Shown: positions 1 to 13,169 of the stretch, in pieces
Layout of the letters: every line of letters begins with the position of its first letter
Position numbering within the stretch: the first letter of the stretch is position 1
DNA from: Isurus oxyrinchus
Lineage: Eukaryota
Reading direction: 5' to 3'
DNA length: 64,000 bases
Assembly: GCA_026770705.1 (NCBI GenBank)
Contig: JANJGN010000026.1
Coordinates: 33,666,001 to 33,730,000, forward strand
The notes under the pieces: generated by a model
Databases searched by the model: none
Seen by the model: only the letters and a program-made list of their open reading frames with translations
What the model was told of the DNA's origin: nothing
Made by a program: the position numbers and the translations under genes

Positions 1-280
1 AGTGTTCACCCTTTGAGAACAGAGATGAGGAGAATTTTCTTCTCTCAGAGGGTTGTGCGTCCTTGGAACTCTGCCTCAGAAGGCAGTGGAGGCGGGGTCA
101 TTGAATAGTTTTAAGCAGAGGTAGACAGATTCTTGTTAGGCAAGGGAATCACAGTTATCTGGGTTAGATAGGAATGTGGAAATCAAAACACAAGAAGATC
201 AGCCACGATCTTATTGAATGGTGGAGCAGGCTCGAGGGGCCGAATGGTCCACTCCTGTTCCCAGTACTATGTTCTTATGT
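1..280 (+). mobile_element. CR1-clade LINE 3' end fragment
   Basis: Decayed ORF2 C-terminus (PLRTEMRRIFFSQRVV) and a 3' tail 'gaatggtggagcaggctcgaggggccgaatgg' matching copies near 11.6, 33.3 and 56.8 kb. Confidence 0.8.
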
Positions 281-789
281 AATCAGTTCTTATACCTTTG
301 AAAGCCTTTTTTGTGCTCGCTGTGTGAGGGTCGGAGAAGATGTGTTGTTAAGCGCCAACTATGATTTCAACCAGTTCACTTGGATATCTCTTAACATATT
401 TCGGGAACATTAAAGCATCAAAAAAAGTTTTTTAAAAATACACAGACTAATCTGACACCAAAAAGCACGAAATAATGGGGCACGTGACAATGATTGGAAG
501 AGACGGTCTTTGCTTCGGGATCGGGTAACAAGCTCAGTGTCTGCCATCGTCGGCTGCTCTTGAGGAAGACCCAAAGACACGGTTGTGGGGAGGGGGAACC
601 ACATAATTTTCAGCAGTTAGCCCAGAGGAACAAATGGAAGAGAGAAACAGTGAGTCAATCTGTTTGTTCACTGACCTGTAACTAAGGTGCAGATTGTAAT
701 TTAATTGTCCCTCTGGAGACTGTCATTTAGAATAAATGAGGGATGCTTTGATACACATCTTCGGTAATTCCTTGAGTTTCTGAGAGACG

Positions 790-859
790 ATGCACGGGCC
801 AGCGAAAGGCCTCTTCTTCGCTATTTGCTATCCCATTCTCGCTGTTATTGGTGTGCCTG
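790..859 (+). CDS. Class A GPCR (GPR139/GPR142-like), exon 1
   Basis: ATG at 790 encodes MHGPAKGLFFAICYPILAVIGVP. It ends at a G|GTAAGT donor (phase 1) and splices in frame to exon 2, giving the TM1 motif IGVPANLL. Confidence 0.85.
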
Positions 860-2338
860 GTAAGTGATGAATCCCGAATAAATGTTTGTGTTGATGTAAA
901 TCTCTAGATGTTTAGTCTCTTCTCTTCAGAGTCTGCATTTAAGGGAGTTCAATCGAATTATATCGGTGCTCTGTATGATATTATACTGTGTTATGTTGGA
1001 TTATAGCTCTACTTGCGCTTGCATTATGGGGCATTGCAAAATATTATTCAATTTATTATGCTGCATATTTAGAGAAATGCTTTTTATTAGAATGCTGAGA
1101 TATGAATTGTAATGTTTGCCTTTGCATAGACATTAACCTGTTATATTGTTGAACATCGTGTTTTATTCTAATCCAGTCAAATGCAATCTAGCATTTTGAG
1201 TATTGAGCGAGATCATTGCATATCATCATGTACTGACCTGCATTTTCGTGCGCTGGTCCTATCAATATATCAGAAAATTAATTGTTACAGTGCAATTATT
1301 CAATTAAATGAATTGTAATATAAAATACTTTCAGTGATAATACACATATACAATGCAACCTCTAGAAGTATGTAAAATTTACAGTATGATTTCCCACTGG
1401 GCAGTCCTAATTGTTAATCTGGCTTTGGGATTTAATCATGGAATCGTTTGAAAAAGGGGAGTGAGGTCTCAAGATTTTTAATGTGCTTTGCTTTGTGCTG
1501 GTAGGTCTTATAAATTTTGGATAGTTATATTTTTAATCATCAGCGGGATGTGGGTTTCCGTGACAAGATCAACATTTATTGCTCTTCACTAGTTTCCACT
1601 TCAGAAAGTGGGGTTGCATTTGTTTCTTCAGCCGATCCTGTATGTATGGCACGGATGCTTCACAGGAACTTCACCTGATTAATTTCATACTGAACGGCGC
1701 AAGGGGATATTTGACCAAAGGGTACTCACAGAGTTTACTTCTAAGGAACGTTCTAAAGAGGAAAGAAGAGCTGGAGCCGTAGAGGGAGGGGTTTTCAGAG
1801 ATCAGAGCGTCGGCAGCTAAACGCTGAACCTCTACAAATGAAAAGATTAATGCCAGGGGCACGAAACTGCAGAATTGGAAGCATATGATGGATCTCAGAC
1901 AGTTGCAGTGTGTTACAGGAATTGAAGAAGGCGAGATAACAGAAGAAGTTAAAAATGGACGGACGAGGTTATTAAAACAGAGACGTTGCCATTCAGGGGG
2001 GCATTGGGCTGATGGATGGGCGGAACTTTTGCCGTTTTATGCCAATAAGGGCAGCGGTAGCAAATGTTTCAGATAATCTTAAATTGGATAGTTAGGCCTG
2101 AAGATTGCCTCAGTGTACAGAGAGTGAAGTTTGGAGTGAGAATGAGAGGATTGCCTCATGTTTTGACTAATAGTTTATCCAGCATTGGATGCCAGACAAT
2201 TACCAAAGACTTGACAATAGTCGCAGCCTGGAGGTGGCAAAATGACGGGTAAGGAGGGTTTAAGTAACAGATTCGATGAGGCAGTATCTCATGTTTGGAA
2301 TCCGCTTGGTAACATCTCTACCCCTTTATCCCTCACAG

Positions 2339-3240
2339 CCAACTTGCTAGCGATCGTAATTCTATCTCGAGGGTGCTGCGGGCTCTCCCGCTGCACCACC
2401 TACTACCTGATGGCAATCGCGGTGAGCGATTTCCTGGTCATCATCACCGCCGGCATCCTCAACCGGATCGGCCGCATCTACTTTCAGGACAGTGTCCTCT
2501 CCACCACTCCCGCATGCGCACTCAGCAATGTGCTGGTCTTTACCATCCGGGATGTGTCAGTCTGGCTGACGGTCGCCTTCACCATTGACCGTTTTGTGGC
2601 CATCTGCTGTCAGAGCCTGAAGACCAGATATTGCACTGAGAAAACTGCGTTGCTGGTTATAGGACTGGTCAGCGCCCTGAGCTGCGTGAGGAATGCCCCT
2701 TTCTACTTCAGCTACCAGCCTTTGTACATCCTGGACGGAGTGTCCTGGTTCTGTGCCATTAAGCCTGCCTTTTATATTCTTACCGCCTGGCATGCCTTTG
2801 ATTGCCTGAACCGCATCTTAACCCCCTTTCTCCCATTCCTCCTCATTCTGCTTCTCAATGCCCTGACCGTAAGGCACATTCTAATGGCCAGCAGAGCCCG
2901 CAGGAGGCTCCGGGGCACCGAGAGTCACGGAGACCAGGAAATCATCAATCGCAAGCGGTCCATTGTCCTGCTTTTTGCCATCTCGCTCAGCTTCCTCCTC
3001 CTGTGGGCCATCTTTGTTGGACATTTCCTCTATGTGCGGATTACAGGCGAGGGCTATCTCACCAGCCTGAATTTCAATGATCCAGATTACATCGTTCAGG
3101 AGACCACCAACATGCTCCAGTTGTTCAGTTCCTGCAACAATGTCTTCATCTATGCCGTGGCCCAGAACAAGTTCCGAGAACAGCTGAAGAAAGTGATGAT
3201 GTGTCCCTTCACCACGGTCACTGTTTGCTTTAAATGGTAA
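2339..3240 (+). CDS. Class A GPCR (GPR139/GPR142-like), exon 2; spliced product about 323 aa
   Basis: Acceptor 'ctttatccctcacag|CC' and an open frame with 7TM hallmarks: YLMAIAVSDFL (TM2), SVWLTVAFTIDRFVAICC (TM3, DRF), PFLLILLLNALTV (TM5), SSCNNVFIY..NKFR (TM7/H8). The family call rests on motif recognition only. Confidence 0.88.
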
Positions 3241-3924
3241 AAACAGGTTAAAACACCTTTGCGTTAATTCACTTCCATCAGAGTAGTTCAGTGTGTCGCT
3301 CTGTCCAGCATAAAAATGTCCTAGGCTCTGTCTTTCGGACTTCAGAGATGTAAGGCCCGTATTCCAATGGCGACAGTCGCCCTGTCTGAAGGGATTTTGA
3401 AATATCACAGTTGCTGCCTGCCTAGATGAGATACAAAGGCTGATTCTTCCTTTCTCTTTCTTTCTTTCCTTCTTTCTTCCTTTCTCAGTCATACCGCTAA
3501 GGCTCTAACCCCTCGAAATTTACACCGAATGCAGAAAGGAAAGCATTTGAACAAATGGGAAATTCTTCCTTTCTCAGTGAATCGTGATCTGAAATTTGTT
3601 GCCTGAAAGGGAGCTGGGCGCACAGTGGATTAAAATTTTCAAATGTTCATTAATAAATACTGGAACAGGACGACATTTGGAAAAGAGCAAGGGAAACTAA
3701 GTAACTTGATGGATCTATCAGAAACCCGGAATACACATTGTGGCCTACTGACCTCCTGCAAAACTCTATTGTTACACAACACTGCAGTGGTATTTCACAC
3801 TGGATGAAGACCCTTATAAGAAATGCTGCAGCTAATTGCTCAGCGTCAGATCCCCAATCTCATTCGGAACATTGAAGGCCACCTATCTGCTCATCGGTTG
3901 GTGAGAGAGTTTGGGTGGGAGCAA

Positions 3925-4100
3925 AATAAAGCAAATGCTGGAAATCAGAAATAAAAACAGAAAAGGTTGGAAAACTCAGCAGGCCTGACAGTGTCTGTGG
4001 AAGAGTCATGAGGACATGAAACGTTAACTTTGTTCCTCTTTCCACAGATGCTGCCAGGCATATTGAGTTTTTCCAGTATTTTCCATTTTTATTTCAGAGT
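3925..4100. mobile_element. Inverted pair of Penelope-like terminal fragments (hairpin)
   Basis: Left arm '...ggaaaactcagcaggcctgacagtgtctgtgga' is the approximate reverse complement of right arm 'tccacagatgctgccagg...gagtttttccag'. Same family as 45700-45790. Confidence 0.65.
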
Positions 4101-4483
4101 GTAGATGGATGCGGGAGGTTCAAAACACAGCAAAACAATGACATACCCTCTTATAATATTAACAGCGACAGTGGATGATCTAATGAAATGAAAACAAAAC
4201 AGGTGTCTGCTGTCACATGAACAGTCGAAATATGTCATGATGTAATCACAAGATATGAACTAATCTCCTGAAGAGAACCGGTTTAATTTAATAGAGACAT
4301 GTTCTCATAAATTCATACCAGAGAAAGGAACTAATCTAATGTAAACGTGTATCTGTTTTACTTCATCAATAACTGAGCCAGAAATTCACGTTATATAAAA
4401 AGAGAAACTCTGAAGTGTAATCAAAGTTTAAACAGGGTCGCCTGTTATTTAAGCAATGGCATGTCCTTGCACAATGTTAAATG

Positions 4484-7400
4484 ATACAGGGATTAGATTC
4501 ATACAGACTGGGACAGGATCTGAGGCAGTGATTACTGATACAGAGACTAGATCAAAATAAAATGACACTGTGTCCAGGGCAGTGATTACTGATACAGGGT
4601 CTTGACTAATACAAACTGAGACAGGGCCTAGTGCAATGATTACCGATATAGGGTCCAGTTTAATATGAACTGAGAACTGAGACAGAGTATATTGTAGAGC
4701 TTACTGATGCATGGTGTGGACTACTATAAACTGAGTCTGGGTCTAGTGCAGAGAAATATGATGCAGGGCCGATGTCAACATTAACTGAGACAGGGTCCAC
4801 TGCAATGGTTACTGATACCTGTGCCTTTATTAATATAAACTGAGAAGGTGTCCAGTGCAGTGATTAGTGACACAGGGTCTAGGTTAATATAAACTGAGTC
4901 AGGGCCTAGTGCAGTGATTACAGATATAGGGTTTAGAATGATATAAACTGCAAGATGGCATTGTGCAGTGATTACTGATACAGCGTCTGGATTAATATAA
5001 ACTGAGACGGGGTCTAGTGCAGTGATTACTGAAACAGGGTCTAGATTAATAGAAAATGATACAGGGGCAACTGCAGTGATTACTGATTTGGGCTCTAGGT
5101 TAAGATAAACAGAGACAGGGCCTAGGGCAGTGATTCCTGATACAGGGCCTTCACTAATATAAACTGAGACAGGTTCTATTGCAGAGACAACTGATACAGG
5201 GTCTAGAAAAACATTAACACTAGACAGGGTCTAGTGCAGTGATTACCGATACAGCGTCTTTATTAATATAAAATGAAAGAGGGTCTGCTGCAGTGATTAA
5301 TGATACAGAGTCTAGCTTGAATTAAACTGAGGCAGGCCATTGTGCACTGATTACTGACACAGTATCTCGATTAATATAAAGTGATGCAGGGCCAAGCACA
5401 GCGATTACCAATACAGCGTCTCAATTTATATAAACTGAGGCAGGCCATTGTGCAATGATTCCTGACACAGGATCTTGATTAATATAAAGTGATGCAGGGC
5501 CAAGCACAGCGATTACCGATACAGGGTCTCGATTGATATAAACTGAGGCAGAGCATGGTGCAGTGATTACTAATACAGGGGCTAGATCAATATAAATTGA
5601 GATAGTGTCTTGTGCAGTGATTACTTATACAGGGCCCAGATAAATATAAGCCAGGGCAGGGGCTAGTGCAGTGATTACTGATGCAGGTTCTTGACTAATA
5701 CAAACTGAGGCAGGGCCTAGTGCAGTGATTACCGATAAAGGGTCTAGGTTAATATGAACTGATAATTGAGACAGAGTATATTGCAGAGCTTACTGATGCA
5801 TGGTGTGGACTACTATAAACTGAGTCTGGGTCTAGTGCAGAGAAATATGATGCAGGGCCGATGTCAGCATTAACTGAGACAGGGTCCAGTGCAATGGTTA
5901 CTGTTACTGTTCCTTGATTAATATAAACTGAGAAGGTGTCCAGCACAGTGATTAGTGGCACATGGTCTAGGTTAATATAAACTGAGTCAGGGCCTAGTGC
6001 AGTGATTACAGATATAGGGTTTAGATTGATATAAACTGCAGGGTGGCATTGTGCAGTAAATTCTGAAACAGGGTCTGGATTAACATAAACTGAGATGGAG
6101 TCTAGTGCAGTGATTACTGATACAGGCTCTAGGTTAAGATAAACAGGGACAGGGCCTAGGGCAGTGATTCCTGATACAGGGCCTTCACTAATATAAACTG
6201 AGACAAGTTCTATTGCAGAGATAACTGATACAGGGTCTAGAACAACATTAACTGAGACAGGGTCTAGTGCAGTGATTACTGATACAGTCTAAATTAAGAT
6301 AATCTGAGACAGGGCCTAGAGCAGTGATTAATTATACAGGTTCTTAACTAACATAAAATGAAAGAGGGTCTCCTGCAGTGACTAAGGATACAGGGTCTAG
6401 TTTGAAATAAACTGAGGCAGGCCATTGTGCAGTGATTACTGACACAGGATCTCGATTAATATAAACTGATGCAGGGCCAAGCACAATGATTACCAATACA
6501 GGGTCTCAATTGATATAACTTGAGGCAGGGCATGGTGCAGTGATTACTGATACAGAGTCTAGATTAATAGAAACTGAGGCACAGCCAAATGCAGTGACTA
6601 CTGATAAAGGGTCTAGATTTATTTAAACTGGGGCAGGGCATAGCCCAGTGAATACTGATACAGGGATGAGATTAATACAAACTGAGACAGGATCTGGGGC
6701 AGTGATTACTGATACAGGGACTAGATCAAAATAATCTGACACCATATCCAGGGCAGTGATTACTGATAAACGGGCCTGAACTAATGTAAACTGAGACAGG
6801 GCCAAGTGCAGTGATTACTGATACAGGGCCTTGACTAATACAAACTGAGACAGGTCCTAGCGCAGTGATTACCGATACAGGGCCTAGATTAATATGAACT
6901 GAGAACTAAGATAGAGTATATTGCAGAGATTACTGATGCATGATGTGAACTGCTATAAACTGAGTCTGGGTCTAGTGCAGAGAAATATGATGCAGGGCCG
7001 ACATGAACATTAACTGAGACAGGGCCTAGTGCAGTGATTACTGATACCAGTCTAGATTAATATAAACTGAGACAGGGCCTAGAGCAGTGATTAATTACAC
7101 AGGGTCTTGATTAATATAAAATGAAAGCGGGTCTTCTGCAGTGATTACTGACACAGGATCTAGATCAATATAAACTGTGACTGTGTCCATTGCAGTGATT
7201 ATTGATACAGAGTCTCGATCAATGCAAGCTGATACACTGTCTATTCCAGTGATTACTGACACATAACCTTGGTTAATGGAAACTGAGACAGGTTCCAGTG
7301 CCGTATTTACTGATACAGGATCTAGACTAATTTAAACTGAGACAGGCTCGAGTTCAGAGATAACTGATATAGGGTCTAGATCAATATTAGCGGAGACAGG

Positions 7401-8476
7401 ACCTACTGCACTGATTACTTATCCAGTGCCTAGGTTAATATGAACTGAGATAGGGCCTAGTGCAGTGATTACTAATACAAGGTCTAGATTGATAAATACT
7501 GAGGTAGAGCATAGTGCAGTGATTACTGATAGAGTCTAGATTAATAGAAACTGAAAGAGGACCAAGTGCAGTGATTACTGATACAAGGTCTTGAGATATT
7601 AACTGAGACAAGGTCTAGTTCAGTGATTACTGATACAGGCTACAGATTAAAAGAAACTGAGGCAGGGCCTAGTGTAGTGATTACTGACACAGGATATAGA
7701 TTAATACAATCTGATACAGGGCCAAATGCAGCGATTACCGGGTCTGGAGTAATAGAAACTGCAGCAGGGCATTGTACAGTGATTACTGATACAGGGTCTA
7801 GATTAATAGAAATTGAGACAAGATCCAGTGCTGTGTTTACTGATACATGGTCCTGATCAATATAAACTCAGACAATGACCAGTGCAGTGATGACTGATAC
7901 AGGGTCTAAATTGATATAAACTGAGGCAGTACATTGCACAGTGATTACTGATACAAGTCTAGGTTAGTATAATCTGGACAGGCTCTAGTGCAGTGATTAC
8001 TGATACAGGATCTTCATTAATATAAACTGAGACAGGCTCTACTGCAGTGATTACTGATATAAGGTCTAAATTGATATAGACTGTGACAGGGTCTAGTATA
8101 GCGATTACTGATATAGGGCCAAGATTAATATAAACTGAGACAGGATCTAGTGAGTTATTACTGACAAAGGGACTATATTAATGTTTAATGAGAAAGGGTC
8201 TAATGCACTGATTACTAATGCAGCATCTAGATTTTTATAAGCTGTGACAGGATCCAATGCAGTTATTACTGACATAGGGTTTAGATTGATATAAACTGAG
8301 GCAGTGCATAGTGCAGTGATTACTGATACAAGGTCTAGATTAATAGAAACTGAGACAGGGCCAAGTGCATTGATTACTGATACAGGCTCTAGGTTAAGAT
8401 AAACTGAGACAGGGTGTGGTGCAGTGATTACTGATGAATGATCTGGACTAACAAAGTGAGACAGGGCCAAGTGCAA
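4484..8476. repeat. Tandem satellite, 54-bp unit made of two related 27-bp halves
   Basis: Consensus gcagtgattactgatacagggtctaga + ttaatataaactgagacagggcctagt is repeated throughout. Incidental ORFs show 9-aa periodicity. Confidence 0.95.
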
Positions 8477-8514
8477 GAATTACTTCATCAGTGGCACCCA
8501 TATTCCAAGAATGA

Positions 8515-8880
8515 ATTAAAGCGCTGCAAAATACTACAGATTCTGGAAATGTAAAGCAAAACAAAAAAAAACACACTTAGCAGGCCTGTGGGCATCAGTT
8601 CGGAGAGAAACAGATCAAATTTTCAGGTAGATGGCAGGTGCAAAATATCCCTTGGTACCTTCTTGAGAGCAGGACTGTTCGCCCCACTATCCCAGACCAA
8701 TATTCATTCTTCAACTAAAATCACATATTATCTGGTCATTTTTCACAGCTCTATTCGTGGGATCTTGCTGTGTACAAATCACCAGATGCATTTCCAACAT
8801 CACAGCAGTGTCTAAACTTCAACAAAACTACATCAACGAGTTTTAAGGATCGTGAGCATCATTCTATAAATGCAAATTAT
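8515..8880. mobile_element. Penelope-like terminus (-) followed by a Deu-domain SINE (SacSINE1-like) remnant (+)
   Basis: 'attatctggtcatt...gtgggatcttgctgtgtacaaat' and a '..tataaatgcaaatt' tail resemble the Deu-SINE core. Confidence 0.55.
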
Positions 8881-9699
8881 TTCTAAATGTTAACATTTTA
8901 AAATGATAGTTGCAATATGTTGAAAACTCAGAGATTAAAAATTATTGTAGGTCAGTCCTCTGGCTGCCGTTTTAACTTGTCCAGTTTAAAAGGGTTAAAT
9001 CTTCAATCAAATTGACATTTAGTGGACTCCCAGCTAGATGAAAGATTGTGATAGTAGATCTTTTGGAATTAAATTCTTAATTTAAATGTATTTTTGTTTA
9101 TTTGAAATAAATAATGTGTTCTTATGGATGTTGAAGTTTCCATTCATTTTGTACCAACTGTCAATATTCTTAAAATAAAACCTTGTTTTGAGTTGAAACC
9201 AATCAATAAGTGTCTGTGTTTATCTGTTTTTGCTGCCATGAACACTTCATTGAAACCAGTGAGGCATTTATGTAAATAAACACGGAAATAGAAGTCCTAG
9301 ATTAGATTCTGGAGAGACACATACACAGCAAATATTTCCCCACCAACACAGAAATAGAGCCAAACATGCAAATACATCAACCGATTCCAGTTTTTTTGAG
9401 CAATTTTAAAATTAGTTATATGAGCATTATGTCACGATGATATCCATGTTCATAATTAAGATAGACTCCCACTTATCATGAAATATAATGGCACGGCAAA
9501 TGTGTTTGTAGAGATTTCCTGTACCCTCTCCCTCTCTCTCTCTGTCTCTTTCTCTTATTTGGTTCTTTGTCTTGTCTCTCCACCATGGGTCATTGCCCTT
9601 CCTCCACAACATGAAGTCAATGTCTAGCCAATGTATTCTCTCGGCACGATTTATGCACTTTAACCTAAATGGATCAAATGAAATGGATTAGAATCCGTA

Positions 9700-10185
9700 G
9701 AGGGAACTTTATTCTAAATCTGTTTTGAGCATTCAATGACCTGGGAGTGCTTGAAGGGGAAACTTTACCCTGTATCTAACCTGTGTTGCACCCAGTAGCG
9801 AGGATCTGATGTCGCAATGCCGAAAGATCTTTCCCTGTATCTAACCTGTGCTGTCCCGGCCTTTGGAGTGTTTGATGGGACAGTGTAGACTGGGACAATT
9901 TCACTCTGAATCTAACCCGTGCTATACCTGCCTTAGGAGTTTTTCATGTGGCAATGTAGAGGGAGCTTTACATTATTAATGTAGTCCCATGCTACACCTG
10001 ACCTGGGAATGTTTAACGGAGTCGCAGGCCCTGTCTCTGCATTACACTAGGCCGTGTCTAACCGCATTTTACCAGTGCTGGGCCTTCCCTGGGAGTATTT
10101 AATACGGCAATGTAGAGGGAGCTTTAAATTCTGTGCCTCGCCCCATGCTGCACCTACCCTGGGAGTGTTTGATGGGACAGTAGGC
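9700..10185. repeat. Degenerate ~67-bp tandem repeat
   Basis: Recurring 'tctaacccgtgctgtacctgccctgggagtgtttgatgggacagtgtagagggagcttt'. Single units also occur near 27140-27230 and 41050-41110. Confidence 0.8.
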
Positions 10186-10189
10186 CCGG

Positions 10190-10730
10190 TGTCAATATTG
10201 CACTCGACCATGACCCTGCCCGTGTTAATCTTACAATAGACCCTGTCTGTGTTTGCATTACACTAGGCCCTGTCTCAGTTTATATTACGATCGCCATATC
10301 TCTGTTCATACAGCACGTGACGCTGACTCTCTTTATACTACACTGGATTCTGTCTGTTTGTATTTCACTAGGCCCTGTCCCTGTTTATTTCACACTCAAA
10401 TATTTCTGTTTATATTATACTCGGCATGTCTCTGTTTATACTGCATTAGACGCTGTTCTTGTTTATATTAAACTAGACCTGGTCTGTGTTTATAATACAC
10501 TAGACGCTACCTCTGTTTATATTACATTGGACCCTGCTTCTGTTTATATTACTCTAGATCCTGTCTTTGCTTCTGTTAAACAAGGCCTTGTCTCTTTATA
10601 TTACACTTGACATGTCTCTGTATACATTTATCTAGACCTGGCTCTGTATTGAAATAGGCGTTGCCTCAGTTCTGCGCTACATCATGCTTGCATTTAAATT
10701 CCATTAGACCCGGCCTCAGTTATTACTGCA
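10190..10730. repeat. 27-bp satellite block, inverted relative to the 4.5-8.5 kb array
   Basis: Unit 'tctgtttatattacactagaccctgtc' is the reverse complement of 'gacagggtctagtgtaatataaacaga'. Confidence 0.85.
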
Positions 10731-10869
10731 CTGCACAACCCCAATAATGTGGAAATTGGTTGGGGTGGAAATGGTGATGATCAGACATCATGATGGTGGG
10801 AACGTTAATGATGCAAAAAATCTTTCGAAAACAATTATCATGGGTGCCTATTTAGATGTCGTGACCTGC

Positions 10870-11645
10870 ACTTTGTAGGAAGAATAGAGGCAAAGAGTAT
10901 TGTCTAAATGGGAGGATAATTCAGAAATCTGGAGTGCAAAGGGACCTTGGAGTCCTAGTCCAGGATTCTATTAAGGTTAACTTGCAGGTTGAGTCGGTAG
11001 TTAGGAAGGCAAATACAATGTTGGCATTTATTTCAAGAGGACTAGAATATAAAAGCAAGGATGTGCTGCTGAGGATTTATAAGGCTATGGTCAGACCACA
11101 TTTAGAATATTGTGACCAATTTTGGGCCTCGTATCTCAGGAAGGATGTGCTGACCCTGGAGAGGGTCCTGAGGACGTTCACAAGAATGATCCCAGGAATG
11201 AAAGGCTTAACATATGAGGAAGATTTGAGGACTCTGGGTCTATACTCGATGGAGTTTAGAAGGATGAGGGGGGATCTGATTGAAACTTACAGAATACTGA
11301 AAGACCTGGATAGAGTGCACATGGGGAAGATGTTTCCGTTCGTAGGAGAGACTAGGCACAGCCTCAGGGTAAAGGGAAGGCCTTTTAGAACAGAGATGAG
11401 GAGAAATATTTTTAGCCAGAGAGTGGTGAATCTATGGAACTCGTTTCCACAGAAGGCTGTGGAGGCCAGGTCTTTGAGTTATTTTGAGGCCGAGATAGAT
11501 AGGTTTTTGATTGGTAAGGGGATCAAAGGTTACAGAGAGAAGGTGGGAGAATGGGGGTTGAGAAACTTGTCAGCCATGATTGAATGGTGGAGCAGACTCG
11601 ATGGACTGAATGGCCTAATTTCTGCTCCTATGTCTTATGCTCTTA
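10870..11645 (+). mobile_element. CR1-clade LINE, 5'-truncated, ORF2 C-terminus largely open
   Basis: ORF 10934-11722 contains QRDLGVLV, YKAMVRPHLEYC.QFW, RRMRGDLIETY and FSQRVVNLWN. Confidence 0.92.
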
Positions 11646-12464
11646 TAGTCTTGTCTTCCCTGCATCCCAGATTTGTGTTCATAAGCCACAGATCTCTCTT
11701 ATCTAGCAGCTGTTTAAATTAAAGCATTTAATGCCTATTTCCAGGGTCTACAGCAATAACACAAGGGAATCTACTAATGTAACATAAACAGAGGACAATA
11801 ACATAAATAACTGAGACAGGGTCTAGTGTTACAGAACTATGGACCAGAGCAGTAACAACGAGACAGGCCCAGTGTAATATGAACAGAGACATGGTGGAGT
11901 GCAGCAATATTGACACCAGATGACCTGAAGCCCCACATAACCAGATAAGATAGGGGTGGAGATACCTCCTGGGCATTAACACCTATTGCCCTCCTTCAGA
12001 TGATGAATCTGTACTCCTTCATCTTTAGCACTACTTTGAAGAACCACTGAGGGTAGCAAAGGCAATGCATGTGCTGTGGGTTTGCAAAGACAATTACCAT
12101 TTGACAAGACCACTAATGACCGAGCTGGATGAGTCCTGAATGATGTATCTGCCAGGCTGGACCTGCCACAGGTAGTGAGAGAGCCAACACGAGGGAAAAC
12201 CTGACCTGGTCTCAGGCCCATCACACTATCAATATAGGTGAGATTGACCCCTGCACTTTCCTTGCGGAAACCAAGTCCGGTATTCATACTGAACACATTC
12301 TCCATTGTGTTATGCGGCACTGCCGCTGTGCTAAACTGGGTACGTTCAGAACAGGTCTAGCAGTTCAAAACTTGGCAACAACGAGATGCTGGTGGCTATC
12401 AGCAACTGAATAATTGCATTCAATCACAACCTGTAATCTCATGGACCAGAATATCCCTCACTCA

Positions 12465-13165
12465 CACCTTGGTGTGCACATCCACAGATCCCTGAAGCTA
12501 GCAGGGCAAGTAAATGAGGTGGTTAGGAAGGCATATTGGACACTTACCTTTATTAACCGAGGCATAGAATACAAGAGTAAGGAGGTTATGCTGGAATTGT
12601 ATAATACGTTGGTTAGGCCACAACTGGAGTGCTGCATGTAGTTCTGGTCACCACATTATAAGAAGAATGTGAGTGCACTGGAGAGAGTGCAAAGGAGATA
12701 TACCAGGGTGCTGCCAGGCTGGAGGGCCTGAGCCATGACGAAAGATTGGATAGGCTGGGGCTGTTTTCCTTAGAGCAACGAAGGTGGAGAGGGGATAGAG
12801 GTGTAAAAGATTATAGGGGTATAGATAGAGTGGATAGGAAGGCACTTTTTCCATTTTTAGGGGGTGGGGGGTCAATTACCAGAGGGCACAGATTTAAGGT
12901 AAGAGGTAGAACACTAAGAGAGGAGTTGAGGAGAATTTTTTTCACCCAGCGAGTGGTTGGAATCTGGAACTCATTGCCTGAAAGTGTGGTTGACTCAGGA
13001 ACTTTCGCAAAATTTAATAAGTATTTAAGTTATCACTTAAGCTGTCATAGCTTCCAGGGCTATGGTCCAATCGCTGGAAAATTGGATTAGTGCAGTCAAA
13101 TCGTTGTTGATCGGTGCAGAAACGGTGGGCCGAATGGCCTCCTTCTGTGCTGTAAACGTCCACGA
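12465..13165 (+). mobile_element. CR1-clade LINE 3' fragment
   Basis: LGVHIHRSLK, LYNTLVRPQLE and FFTQRVVGIWNSLP motifs with frameshifts. Confidence 0.85.
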
Positions 13166-13169
13166 GTCT

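Noticed and set aside
2242-2338. ORF-track N-terminus of the GPCR
   Set aside because: It lies in the intron. A good acceptor at 2338 and an upstream exon supply the proper TM1 start.
2881-3492. 203-aa antisense ORF
   Set aside because: It is an antisense shadow of the GPCR coding region with no recognisable motifs.
4484-8476. CRISPR-like or coding interpretation of the periodic array
   Set aside because: There are no unique spacers or cas genes, the context is vertebrate, and the frames have frequent stops. It is a satellite.
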